Source: Christensenellaceae bacterium (GTDB taxonomy: Bacteria; Bacillota; Clostridia; Christensenellales; DTU072). Taken from it: a stretch of 64,000 nt of DNA. Positions within the stretch are counted from its first letter, which is position 1; each line of letters starts with the position of its first letter. The position numbers were made by a program, and so were the translations under genes. The stretch is taken from assembly GCA_031259085.1 (NCBI GenBank), contig JAIRMA010000037.1, positions 1,455 to 65,454 on the forward strand. Direction: 5' to 3'. Of the stretch, positions 1-9,888 are shown one piece after another. The notes under the pieces are model-generated. The model did no database searches. It was not told where the DNA came from and worked only from the letters and a program-made list of their open reading frames with translations.

Positions 1-1301
1 ACAAATGCATTCGCAAATTGAAGTGAAGACTCTCTCTTTAGACCAAGATTTTCTGCCATTTTGATGATCGTTTCCTGTAAGGATCTTAGTAACGAATTTT
101 CATCGCCAAGCGTTTGTCCCCAAGTAAGTGTGCGTGTTGGAATCTCTGAATGTTTAATTGATAACGGTATTTCTCTGTTCTTCCCATTAAGAGAAGGTGA
201 TGTGCAAAAATAATGTGGAGCGTCAAATTCATTGAATACTGACAAGTAAGAATAACGATCCATAGTTATTAATTTTAGTTTTTCACCATCTCCAGCGTAG
301 TCGTAAGTATGAGCCAAAAATTGCACGCCTTTTTCTGTGAGATTATAGAATGTAATATCTGTAGTCGGCGGAGTGTCATAAACATCTGTTGCCAATATTT
401 GTTTTATTTTAAGCAATTGGATCTCGTTTTCATTAGCATAGTTAAGTTCAATAAACTCTCGTGACGTCCCATATGGATACTTGCCTCTAATGTCACGTCC
501 CCCCTCACGGCTACGAAGCGTCACGTTATTGTAACTTTCAGCTATTATCATGCGATAAAGCGTAAAACTGGTATCCTTTACATTTTTTAGATATTGAAAA
601 GCTATTGGAATGTTTTCACGATTTACCACGGCTACATTGTAGACAAAACACTCAACAATCTCTCTGTTTTGATCATCAAAATAATATCTTGTTTGCATTA
701 CTTGGTATTGTCTATGCGAATCATTCTCGCTTTCTTGATCAAAATCATAATAGCCAAACGCTGTTGGGTAGGTAACACGGGTGATCGTGACATCTCTTGC
801 ATCCGCGTCGCTTTCTATGAAAAATGCCCAGCCCTCATAATACGGGATAGATATGTATCCTTGTCCTTCTCTCATTGTAGGAAGTCTAAACCATTGGTTA
901 AAATATGGCGCGTTTTTTACAATAAATGCAATTTCATCCTTTATTTCAAATGTATCATATCTAGTATTTTTCCCTACTCCCAGACTGATAATTTGTGGAA
1001 GCACATTCAAAATTTCAATGAAACCTGTTTCATCAATTTGGGACACAGAGATCTCACGATATCCAGGGTTACCCTCTAATTGACTTTCTTCATTCATAGG
1101 GGCAAGGCTCATGGTCTTCACTGTTTTGGATAGTCTATCTAATTCTGGCCTATATTGCGCATTTTCCACGCGCACGCCAACTATGGTACTCTTTTCCTCA
1201 TCTTTTTTTAACTTCTTACTAAATAGTGAGCAACCTGACAAAGCAACAATAAATACAAGTAATATAACAACTATTGCCATGCGCTTTTTTTTACCTATCA
1301 T
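1..1301 (-). CDS. Lipoprotein of unknown function; the C-terminal part runs off the window and the gene is absent from the supplied ORF track
   Basis: ATG at 1301-1299 lies 6 nt after GGAGG (complement of 1308-1312). I checked every minus-frame triplet from 1301 down to base 3 and found no stop. The N-terminus MIGKKKRMAIVVILLVFIVALSGCSLF is a signal peptide plus lipobox L-S-G-C. The + strand ORFs 594-1079, 853-1083 and 1111-1320 are antisense shadows. Confidence 0.8.
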   Translation of the reverse strand, partial: MIGKKKRMAIVVILLVFIVALSGCSLFSKKLKKDEEKSTIVGVRVENAQYRPELDRLSKTVKTMSLAPMNEESQLEGNPGYREISVSQIDETGFIEILNVLPQIISLGVGKNTRYDTFEIKDEIAFIVKNAPYFNQWFRLPTMREGQGYISIPYYEGWAFFIESDADARDVTITRVTYPTAFGYYDFDQESENDSHRQYQVMQTRYYFDDQNREIVECFVYNVAVVNRENIPIAFQYLKNVKDTSFTLYRMIIAESYNNVTLRSREGGRDIRGKYPYGTSREFIELNYANENEIQLLKIKQILATDVYDTPPTTDITFYNLTEKGVQFLAHTYDYAGDGEKLKLITMDRYSYLSVFNEFDAPHYFCTSPSLNGKNREIPLSIKHSEIPTRTLTWGQTLGDENSLLRSLQETIIKMAENLGLKRESSLQFANAF

Positions 1302-1368
1302 AAGGTACCTCCTTACATAAATTGTGAAATTTAATTGTGTTTAATTCGTTGTAAACACAATGTGTTTG

Positions 1369-4300
1369 TTAACCTGAAAACGTGACGCCGTCTAATCCAG
1401 CTTTACCTGGATCTCCTGGTAAACCACCATTTGCATAACCGCCCGTGGTCTTTTTCCCTCCAACACCACCTTCTCCACCAGTACCGGCAGCTCCACCTTT
1501 ACCGCCTACCCCATTGGCACCTTTCGTCAGAGTAGCAGTGCCTACAATGCTACCTAAAACATAATTGTCCCCAGCCGCACCGCCAGTTCCACCTTGGCCA
1601 CCGTTCCCTCCTTTACCTCCTTTGCCTCCAGCCTTTGCCGTAGCTCCCAAGAATACGCCATCTCCTCCAGCGCCGCCTTTTCCACCAGTTCCGCCAGTTC
1701 CACCTTGGCCACCCTTACCTCCATTACCTCCAGTGCTAATGAGAGTTGTGCCTGATGAAATAGTAAGATTCCCAGCAACTCCTATGCCAAGGCCGCCAAA
1801 GCCGCCCATTCCGCCAGTAAGACCATCCACACCTGTATATCCTATTGTGCCATAGTTTCCTTTTCCTGCTTTAGCTGGAGCATCTGGTGTGGCGGGAGTT
1901 TCCTTCTTTTTACCTTCTGCACCATCCCCACCCTTAATTATTATTTTCTTGACAGAGACATTAAGATCTCCTGAGGTAATAATCCCATTACCACCACTGT
2001 TTCCCATTGAAATATCGGTTGTTTGTCCACTACCAGAACCACCATTTATAGACAAATTTGCATTTGCATCATACTCGGACGTAATAGACAATGCTACAGC
2101 TTTTATTACTGCTGGGTGTACGTTTGCACAAGCCTCATTAAAAACATTTTTGTATAATGTTAATGTTAGAAAAAATAGGACGGCAAGAGCTGCTACATCC
2201 TCCTCCGTTATAGTTCCTGTTGTAACAACACCACCATTTAAAACAACCGTGCCTTCAATATCTACCTTTAAATTAGGACAATTTACGGCATTCAATAAAT
2301 GTCTATTTGCTTTGCCAGTCATGCTAATTTTTACAAAACGTATGCTAAGTGGGGTTGATCTAGCTGTAATATCAATTGAAATTCCAGAATAATTTGTTGT
2401 TGAACTGCTTCCAATAAAAGTAACCTCCTCTACTTCAGTGCCAATGACGATTGACAAGTTGCTTGAGCTAACTGTAACTATGTTTACCAGATTAACCACA
2501 TTTGTTGTATTTGTTGAAGTAGTTCCAGTCCATTTTGCATAAAAAGATTTGTTATCTACACTACCTTTGTTAATTACTGTTATCTTTGAACCTGTAAACG
2601 CTGAATTCCCATACCACCCGACAAATTTATAATATTTTTTCGTAGGATTTACCAAAGTAATATTATTGGATTCAATATTGTAGGATGATGGATTGGATGT
2701 TGAATTCGTTCCACCATTTAGATTATATGATATAATATATGTTATTGGATTCCATTTTGCATAAAACGTTTTATTTCCAGTTGTAGAACCTTTTGCAATT
2801 GAAGTTATTGCAGAACTTGTAAAATTAGCATTACCAAACCAACCAGCAAATGTATATCCACCCCTTGTTGAGTCTGCAAATGTTATGTCATCATTCGCTA
2901 TCGTGTAGTTTGATGGGTTGCTTGAATTGTTTGTTCCACCATTTAGCGTATATGAGATATTGTAAGTAATTAAAATCCATTTTGCATAAAACGACTTGTT
3001 ACCAGTTGTTCCTTTTACGATAGAAGCTGTCGCACTGCCACTAAAATTAGAGGTTATGTACCATCCACCAAAAGTAGCACCAGCTCTGGTCGGATTAACT
3101 AAATTAAAAGTCGGGGTTTCAATATTATATGAAGTAGGATTGCTTCCATTAGTTCCATCATTAAGTGTGTATGTAACAGAATAATTTATAGGTGTCCATT
3201 GTGCATAGATTGTGCTATTCCCAGCTATAGTATAGATGTCGCCCAAGATATTATTATATATAGCACCAGTCCCGTCCTGGTTTTCCATCCAGCACGCAAA
3301 GTTGTATCCTGTTCGCGTAGGAGTAGGCAGTGGATCAAGAGGGTTATAAAAAACAGAATCATACGTTGCAATTTTGCTCGTTGGATTAACTGTTCCTCCG
3401 CGGGCGTTAAACGTCATGGTGTATATGTTTGCAACCCAATCAGTTTGTATGCAAATATAACTGCTATCATTCAGTAAAAAAGGAGTGCAATCTGGCATAG
3501 TTGTATAGTCAAAAGTTTTCGAAATTTGTACTTCACTGTCAAAGACAGTTCCAGTAAAAACATACCATTTTGCAAGAGTGTATCCAGTTTTAGTAATCGT
3601 GTTTATTGATATGGGGTCACCATACGATGCCGTTATTGTTTGATTTAATGTGGTTCCATCATACAAATAAATTGTATGTTGCTCCTTAACCCAATTGATA
3701 TAAATGCTTATCGCATCTTCGCTTGAACCTAAATCGGGCACTGTATCTCCAGTCCAACCAAAGCTCGTACCATTGCTAAATATCATGCCATTAATCTTAT
3801 ACCCTTTCTTAAACCAGAAGTTGACTGAATCGTTAATAAAATCCGAAGATAAAATTTCATTCAAAAAGTTGTTCAGATTAAAGGTTTGTCCAAAGGTAAG
3901 TGTTTGAACCGCCTCGCTTATACCATTAGCACCAAAATATTTGCTTGCACTTCCATTAGATAATTGTATCGTATAGATCTTGATTCGCCATTTTGCATAC
4001 AGCGTAGTATTGCCTACTATATTCCAGTTCTTTGTTCCAACGCCGGTCTCTAATGCATAGCATACTCCGCCGATTGCTGTCGTATACCAACCCTCAAATT
4101 CGTAACCAGACCTTGTCGGAATTGGAAATGTGAACGCGCTTGCATACGTTACGTTTACGTTGATTTCATCTAAAACTGCATCAACAGCATTTTTATTAAG
4201 CGCTACAGCATACACATTCTCTGTCCACTTCGCAAAATACATCTTGTTTCCTATAGTTGTGCCCTTTTCAATGGACTCAATTGCTAAACCTGCAAAAGTT

Positions 4301-7300
4301 GCATTATCAAACCAGCCGCCAAAAGTATAACCTGTACGTAATGGATTTAAAAAAATTATTGTGTTTGTTTCTATGGTATAACTAGCAGGATTGATTTCGA
4401 TGGAACCGCCATTAAGCGTGTAAATAATTGTATATGTTATAACTTGCCATTGTGCTATAATAGTAAGATTACCATCAACACTGTATATTAGATTTGCATC
4501 ATACACGCTTCCGCTTAAATCCATCCAATAAAGAAATGTATACCCTGCTCTTGCAGGTGACGGCAATGATTCGACTGCAGTAGCATACGTTACTGCCTTG
4601 GTATTTGGATTAAGTGCCTCTCCTCCATTTATATCATATGTGAGAGTATAAGTATTTGCTGTCCATTTTGCAAAATATGTTTTGTTTCCAGTAGAACCCA
4701 TCTCAACTGAGGTGACAACACTCCCCGTATATTCAGAATTATAATACCAACCATTAAAGGTATAACCCTCACGCGTGGGGGTTTCTAAAATTATTGTCTC
4801 TGTTTCTGTGGTGTAGCTTGCTGGATTGTTTTCATTTGAACCACCATTAAGCTCATAGGAAATTGTATATGTAATCGTTGTCCATCTAGCAAATAAATTA
4901 TCGTCATCTCTTAAGAGGCATACATTTCCGTTTTGATAACCAACGGTTTCATTTGGAGCATCTGAAATATACCACCCTCCGAAGGTATAGCCCTCTATAG
5001 CTGGAGTGGGCATGTTTGTAAGTGTTTCATAATACGACACAGAAGATGATGAGAGATGTTCGCCATTACTTATATAGTTTATGGTGATTGAGAGCGGCAC
5101 AATACGCGTCGAATATTTTGTAAGGGTTTGATATGACTTGTAGTTATTTTCTGAACCAAATGGCACAGAAATAATCCTGTCTCTATCATTTTCATCAAAA
5201 GCATTTATTCCAATAGTTGGGGTATTAAGTCCGTAAAACTTTACGTTATATAAGGAAGTACTACATCTAAATGCATACCCTCCTATAAAGTTAATAAATT
5301 CACTAAATACTATCTCTGTCAAATTAGTACAGTAAGAAAAAGCGTATTCACCTATTCGCGTTATTGTATCAGGAAGTCTAATGCTACTAATGTCACTTCC
5401 GTAAAATGCACCCGAACCAATTGTAGTAACATCTAATGGAAACAATTCTGTGGTAATATCATTTAAATTGCCTTTATACTTGATAAGAGTATTGCCAATT
5501 ACCGCCATCCCGTTTGTATGAATAGCATTCAACCAAGGCGTAGATTGAAAAGCATCCATACCTACTGCTAATAAACTGTCCCCACCAGTTATAGTTGTTA
5601 AACTACTCTCTTTAAAAGCACTGTTTCCAATTGTAAGTGTGTTAGCTAAATTAATAGATTGAACATGACTTTTATAAAAAGCAAGGTTATCAATGGTTGT
5701 AACTAAGTTAGACAGGATAATAGATGTATCTACATTCCCAGCAAAAATAATGCGTGAAAAGTCATTGTTATATAAAATATTATCTTGTGCTTTAAAATCA
5801 AGATTTCCAGAGGTTACAGTGATGTTTAAGCTTGTACATCCAACAAATAGATTTTCTGCCAGATAATATGTTGAAGCAGGAATCGTAATATTCTGTAATA
5901 AACAACAGTCATCAAAAGCTCCCTTATCTATCGTTTCAAGGCTTGTTGGTAAATTTACAGTTAATAAACTATCATTCCCTGCAAAAGCACGATATCCTAT
6001 GGACTTAATGCTATTGGGTAGGGTTATGCTAGTTATATTTGAACCCACAGATGTAGCAAAAGCATTGCTACAAACAGCAACTATTTCGCGGCCTTCATAA
6101 CTATTTGGTATGACTACCGACGATTGGGCTTTAGTAGCACCACTTATTTTGACAAGTTCCGCTCTTTCGTCATCGAGTATGCGGTATCTGTCGACAAATA
6201 TGGCTTTGCCGAGGTTCTTTTCTATATCTTCTACGATATAATTTACGATTTCCTGGTTTCTTGTCTGAAAATTATGCGATATTGGTATCGGTAATTCTAG
6301 CAATGAGGGTTTATATTTATCAAAGTTACTAGACTCATCCAAAAATAATTTTCTCTTAATCCCATCAAAGTTTATTGCAATTTGCGAGCTTGAATTCACA
6401 AAGCCGTCATTGAGCCAAATAAAATCATCGTTCCATAATTGAATCCGATCTAAAAAACTAGTACCCTCCAAAAGGTTTTTTCGCATTATCTCTGTGTTTA
6501 ACATAATAACTGCTTTATCACCTATCTTCTTTTTAGTAGAATACGGGTCGCTATCGATTATATTTGCAACAAACAAAATTGGTTTAACAATAAACTGATA
6601 TAGACAATCTATTAAAATTGTTAAAACTATCTGTGAACCTGGAACATGCGCTGCCACATCAAGAAATTGCAAAACACCATTGAGGGCAGATAGCGTATTA
6701 TCCGTAAGAAACTCTTTAATGTCAGACGCCAAACTTATAACTAAACCTTTTAATTTAGTAAAATCTACTCCTCCAGCATTAAAAATATCCTCCTTCATAA
6801 AATTAACTTGATTACCCTGCTCATCAGAGCATACCTCGTTTATGGTTAATGTGTCACCCATCATTTCTAACAACTTGCTAAAAAAATCCGTTGAAACTAT
6901 TGGTATTGTGTTTTTGTTGTTTTCATCTCCTTTGGTATAACCATAATATAACTCGTAAGTAATGTCTGTAAACATGTCAGAAAACTCATTATATACATCA
7001 TTAAGGCTTATAATTTGAGCAAATATGGAAATTATGTCGCCCAACATCATTTCCTCTGGCTTATAACCGTTTTCTTGAAAAAGTAATATTAGGCCTATCT
7101 TTTCTATGCTAGTTAGCAGGGTATCGTCTGGAATATAATATGTCAAATTGTGAACTGTCGAATGAACCATATCATCAAGATCTTCCACATAATGATTGTT
7201 TAAATCCTCCTTATATTCCGCCATAATCGCGAAAATATCGACAATCGAATATGCCTTATTGATTCGCTCTGCCATATCCAAAAGGTTGACCATATGATTG

Positions 7301-8352
7301 ATTTCTCTTGCAAGCATTCCTAGAATTCTCTCATTTTCTTTGGCAAGAGTTATTAGTTCCTGCGTAGATTCGACTGTGTCAATCGCATCAAAAAGATCTA
7401 AAACTTCAGAGAGGACATCGCTCATATCCTTAAGAAAATCCACAGGCATTACACTTCCCAATGCATGGAGATCAACATATTCCCTAACATTGTTCCAATT
7501 CGCCAGGTTTTGACTGGCGAAGGTAAGCATATCATTTACTCCATCACTATTTATGTATTTGTTAATAATGCTAGAATCCTCACCTGTTCCACTTAATGCT
7601 GTTTGCATTAAGCCCAAAGTTGATGCTCCGTTATATGGTGTTCCTATTGAGTAGACTGATGCAACATTGTATTTATATTCTGCCGCATACATTAGATTAA
7701 GAATACCACCTCTACCATGTCCAATTAGATTTATCCTTGGGCTCTTCGCTCCCCAGAATATTAAATCGTATAAAGTTTTATTTATTATATGACGCAACTC
7801 TGAATAAGCGGCATCATTGCCTTGCAAACTATTTTCATCCTGACTTCCTTCAAAGACAAGAATAATGTGTTTTGATACATCATCTAGAGATAGTTTCGTT
7901 TGATTGTTGAAATATATGTTTTTATCTGTCAAATAATTATCTTCTTTTAGCTCCTTCAAAAAAAAGTTGCACGTGTTTGAGCTTTTTTCTTTAACGCCTG
8001 CCCAGAAAACAATGGTGTTTTTGGCATTTCTATCACCAGCTATTTCCTCAATTAAAGAATCATCCTTGTATCCAAATTTTCCGTCTGATCCGCTCCATGC
8101 ATAGGCACTTTCTCCTAATCCATGCGTAAGAACCGTCATGACTGGTGCTGTAGCTGACGGTGAATTGTTTTTAATAACATTGCTCAGATTGGACGGTGTT
8201 TCTTGCCCAATGAAATATCTTTCGATATTTTCATCATCCATTGCATAGGTTTTGGAAGTAGATATAAAAACGAAACTTATAATAAATATTAACGCTACTA
8301 TGATGATCATTATCATCAATGCATTAAAATTTGTCTTTTTAATTTTACTCAT
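1369..8352 (-). CDS. Giant secreted/surface mosaic protein (2,327 aa). Order of parts: signal peptide, lipase-like alpha/beta-hydrolase domain, ~470-aa unassigned region, BspA-type leucine-rich repeats, ~11-12 Listeria-Bacteroides (Flg_new) repeats, beta-helix-like segment, Gly-rich tail
   Basis: Single uninterrupted ORF. N-terminal hydrophobic segment ends in KTYA/MDD. The THGLGESAYAW...LIGHGRGG...SIGTPYNG pattern is that of lipase/PGAP1-like hydrolases. LRR units of the ITLPNSIKSIGYRAFAG type lie at ~nt 6125-5100. Repeated ...GYTF.GWY....YAKW..ITYTI.Y.LNGG units lie at ~nt 5100-2530. The GG(K/N/Q/T/A)GG tail is nt 1860-1369. No LPXTG or other anchor seen. Confidence 0.9.
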   Translation of the reverse strand: MSKIKKTNFNALMIMIIIVALIFIISFVFISTSKTYAMDDENIERYFIGQETPSNLSNVIKNNSPSATAPVMTVLTHGLGESAYAWSGSDGKFGYKDDSLIEEIAGDRNAKNTIVFWAGVKEKSSNTCNFFLKELKEDNYLTDKNIYFNNQTKLSLDDVSKHIILVFEGSQDENSLQGNDAAYSELRHIINKTLYDLIFWGAKSPRINLIGHGRGGILNLMYAAEYKYNVASVYSIGTPYNGASTLGLMQTALSGTGEDSSIINKYINSDGVNDMLTFASQNLANWNNVREYVDLHALGSVMPVDFLKDMSDVLSEVLDLFDAIDTVESTQELITLAKENERILGMLAREINHMVNLLDMAERINKAYSIVDIFAIMAEYKEDLNNHYVEDLDDMVHSTVHNLTYYIPDDTLLTSIEKIGLILLFQENGYKPEEMMLGDIISIFAQIISLNDVYNEFSDMFTDITYELYYGYTKGDENNKNTIPIVSTDFFSKLLEMMGDTLTINEVCSDEQGNQVNFMKEDIFNAGGVDFTKLKGLVISLASDIKEFLTDNTLSALNGVLQFLDVAAHVPGSQIVLTILIDCLYQFIVKPILFVANIIDSDPYSTKKKIGDKAVIMLNTEIMRKNLLEGTSFLDRIQLWNDDFIWLNDGFVNSSSQIAINFDGIKRKLFLDESSNFDKYKPSLLELPIPISHNFQTRNQEIVNYIVEDIEKNLGKAIFVDRYRILDDERAELVKISGATKAQSSVVIPNSYEGREIVAVCSNAFATSVGSNITSITLPNSIKSIGYRAFAGNDSLLTVNLPTSLETIDKGAFDDCCLLQNITIPASTYYLAENLFVGCTSLNITVTSGNLDFKAQDNILYNNDFSRIIFAGNVDTSIILSNLVTTIDNLAFYKSHVQSINLANTLTIGNSAFKESSLTTITGGDSLLAVGMDAFQSTPWLNAIHTNGMAVIGNTLIKYKGNLNDITTELFPLDVTTIGSGAFYGSDISSIRLPDTITRIGEYAFSYCTNLTEIVFSEFINFIGGYAFRCSTSLYNVKFYGLNTPTIGINAFDENDRDRIISVPFGSENNYKSYQTLTKYSTRIVPLSITINYISNGEHLSSSSVSYYETLTNMPTPAIEGYTFGGWYISDAPNETVGYQNGNVCLLRDDDNLFARWTTITYTISYELNGGSNENNPASYTTETETIILETPTREGYTFNGWYYNSEYTGSVVTSVEMGSTGNKTYFAKWTANTYTLTYDINGGEALNPNTKAVTYATAVESLPSPARAGYTFLYWMDLSGSVYDANLIYSVDGNLTIIAQWQVITYTIIYTLNGGSIEINPASYTIETNTIIFLNPLRTGYTFGGWFDNATFAGLAIESIEKGTTIGNKMYFAKWTENVYAVALNKNAVDAVLDEINVNVTYASAFTFPIPTRSGYEFEGWYTTAIGGVCYALETGVGTKNWNIVGNTTLYAKWRIKIYTIQLSNGSASKYFGANGISEAVQTLTFGQTFNLNNFLNEILSSDFINDSVNFWFKKGYKINGMIFSNGTSFGWTGDTVPDLGSSEDAISIYINWVKEQHTIYLYDGTTLNQTITASYGDPISINTITKTGYTLAKWYVFTGTVFDSEVQISKTFDYTTMPDCTPFLLNDSSYICIQTDWVANIYTMTFNARGGTVNPTSKIATYDSVFYNPLDPLPTPTRTGYNFACWMENQDGTGAIYNNILGDIYTIAGNSTIYAQWTPINYSVTYTLNDGTNGSNPTSYNIETPTFNLVNPTRAGATFGGWYITSNFSGSATASIVKGTTGNKSFYAKWILITYNISYTLNGGTNNSSNPSNYTIANDDITFADSTRGGYTFAGWFGNANFTSSAITSIAKGSTTGNKTFYAKWNPITYIISYNLNGGTNSTSNPSSYNIESNNITLVNPTKKYYKFVGWYGNSAFTGSKITVINKGSVDNKSFYAKWTGTTSTNTTNVVNLVNIVTVSSSNLSIVIGTEVEEVTFIGSSSTTNYSGISIDITARSTPLSIRFVKISMTGKANRHLLNAVNCPNLKVDIEGTVVLNGGVVTTGTITEEDVAALAVLFFLTLTLYKNVFNEACANVHPAVIKAVALSITSEYDANANLSINGGSGSGQTTDISMGNSGGNGIITSGDLNVSVKKIIIKGGDGAEGKKKETPATPDAPAKAGKGNYGTIGYTGVDGLTGGMGGFGGLGIGVAGNLTISSGTTLISTGGNGGKGGQGGTGGTGGKGGAGGDGVFLGATAKAGGKGGKGGNGGQGGTGGAAGDNYVLGSIVGTATLTKGANGVGGKGGAAGTGGEGGVGGKKTTGGYANGGLPGDPGKAGLDGVTFSG

Positions 8353-8727
8353 AATTATCCTTTTATGATTTTACTCACTATTTCACTTAAAAAAAGAGTT
8401 TCTTCATCAATATTTTCTTATCAAACGTTTTTAATTTACTGTGTTAATGTGCCGCACTTCGGTAAACCATCTCTAAAAAACAATACTTATCATCTATCTA
8501 ATATTAACCATAATTTGGTTCTTCGTTTGCATCTTCAAAGTTATATTTGAAAGAAATAACAGGAAAAACCCAAAAATTCATATGTTCTTAAAATAAAAAT
8601 CAGATTATTTTTACAACTATTTGTCTTGAAATAACTAACGAATTTAAAATCGTTATATTTATTATACATTATTTTTGGGGAATTGTCAAAAAATTATTTG
8701 TAAATTTTTATTAATTCTAAAAGAAAA

Positions 8728-8800
8728 TTAATTATCAAAGTAAGTGCATTTCTTATGAAAATAGTGCATTTAATTTGAGAAGTCAAAATAACTGCATTTT
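8728..8800 (+). repeat. Intergenic repeat copy c1 (TTAATTATCAAAGTAAGTGCATT...)
   Basis: Hand alignment. The first 54 nt match the reverse complement of 9424-9477 at 45/54. The whole ~73 nt match 9889-9961 at roughly 70% with small indels. Contains GTGCATT twice, 20 bp apart (8744-8750, 8764-8770), then CTGCATT (8792-8798) and ATGCATT (8809-8815). Confidence 0.75.
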
Positions 8801-9423
8801 TTTTTGAGATGCATTGAGTTAATTTCTGTTTTTTAGATGCTTTTTTCATTACAATTTGGAGGTTATGTTAAAGACTATTATGAATGTGAATAGCCTACAA
8901 ATTATGTAGCCCTAAAATTTGATTACGCTGAAGCCTCAGTTTATACAATATCTAGAGACTGAAAAAACATTTTGAAAAATCAAATCCAGATCAGTACCAT
9001 TTTCTAATAAACAGAAGAACTTCCTTTAAAATAGTTGCTATGATTAATCCTAATATAAAAAAATAGTGGCTGTAAAAAACAATTCTAGCATGATGGAAAT
9101 TCAAAATATCCTGCAAGCTTAGAATATTGAAATTGAATATCTGCAATTCAACTTGTTTTGGTTGACAACAATTTAGGATCTTGATTAGCGATACGCACAC
9201 AGAAACAAATAGCAAATATCGTTTCAATACCATTATCCGTTAGACAAATTTGTTCAGTTTCAGTTTCGCAAGGAAATAAAACATTAATATCTTTAAAATT
9301 GTTAATACGCGTATTAACAAAGATTATTCCTTACCTATTATGTGGAATTGCATTATATCACACAATCTCTAAAATGCCATGTAAACTGCATTAAAAGTAT
9401 CTCAAACTAAAAGCTATTTTAAA

Positions 9424-9477
9424 TTCTCAAGTTAAATGCACTATTCTTCTCATGACTGCACTTGCTTTGATAATTAA
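9424..9477 (-). repeat. Intergenic repeat copy c2, inverted relative to c1 and c3
   Basis: The reverse complement TTAATTATCAAAGCAAGTGCAGTCATGAGAAGAATAGTGCATTTAACTTGAGAA aligns to c1 with two near-perfect blocks (20/21 and 21/22). Confidence 0.75.
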
Positions 9478-9747
9478 CTCGTGAAAATATAGTGTTAAAA
9501 AAAACTGAGAATTAAGGATTAATGCTCAAAATAACTAATTGTCCTTTTAGAAAATAAATATGTTAATTTATATGCCCTAATACAAAGTGACATTACATTG
9601 ATAGAGCACTTAACTCGTTTGCTTGCTACAGGATTTTAATATATAAAATTAATGAGGTGAATACATTTATTTTAAACTCTGTAAAAATTTAAAAAAATGA
9701 ATAGTTTATTAAACTATCCATTTTAAAATCCCATAAAAATTTGCACA

Positions 9748-9822
9748 TGGAGCGGAAGACGGGACTCGAACCCGCAACGACTGCCTTGGGAAAGCAGGAC
9801 GCTACCGTTGCGCTACTTCCGC
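9748..9822 (-). tRNA. tRNA-Gly (anticodon CCC)
   Basis: The reverse complement GCGGAAGTAGCGCAACGGTAGCGTCCTGCTTTCCCAAGGCAGTCGTTGCGGGTTCGAGTCCCGTCTTCCGCTCCA folds as a cloverleaf. Acceptor GCGGAAG/CTTCCGC, anticodon stem CTGCT/GGCAG, loop TTCCCAA, T-loop TTCGAGT, discriminator U, encoded CCA. Confidence 0.9.
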
Positions 9823-9888
9823 ATCTTGTATATTTTAACTCATTTTAAGAAATTTATCAAGCATTTATATAGTAAATTTTTGTGAATG

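Noticed and set aside
1565-1855. Pro-rich 96-aa + strand ORF (PAAPPVPPWPPFPPLPP...), together with the other + strand ORFs inside 1369-8352
   Set aside because: They are the reverse-complement shadow of the Gly-rich (GGN codon) tail and of the other coding sequence of the giant minus-strand gene. They have no RBS and no independent support.
8991-9233. 80-aa minus-strand ORF inside the inverted-repeat-bounded segment
   Set aside because: It has no RBS, an AT-driven hydrophobic/Ile-Leu-Phe composition and no recognisable family. It is probably chance in AT-rich DNA.
9748-9822. Idea that tRNA-Gly(CCC) is placed here to serve the Gly-rich giant gene
   Set aside because: In the tail segment I decoded, Gly codons are mostly GGT, GGA and GGC, and only about 2 of 14 are GGG. 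There is no codon-usage support.
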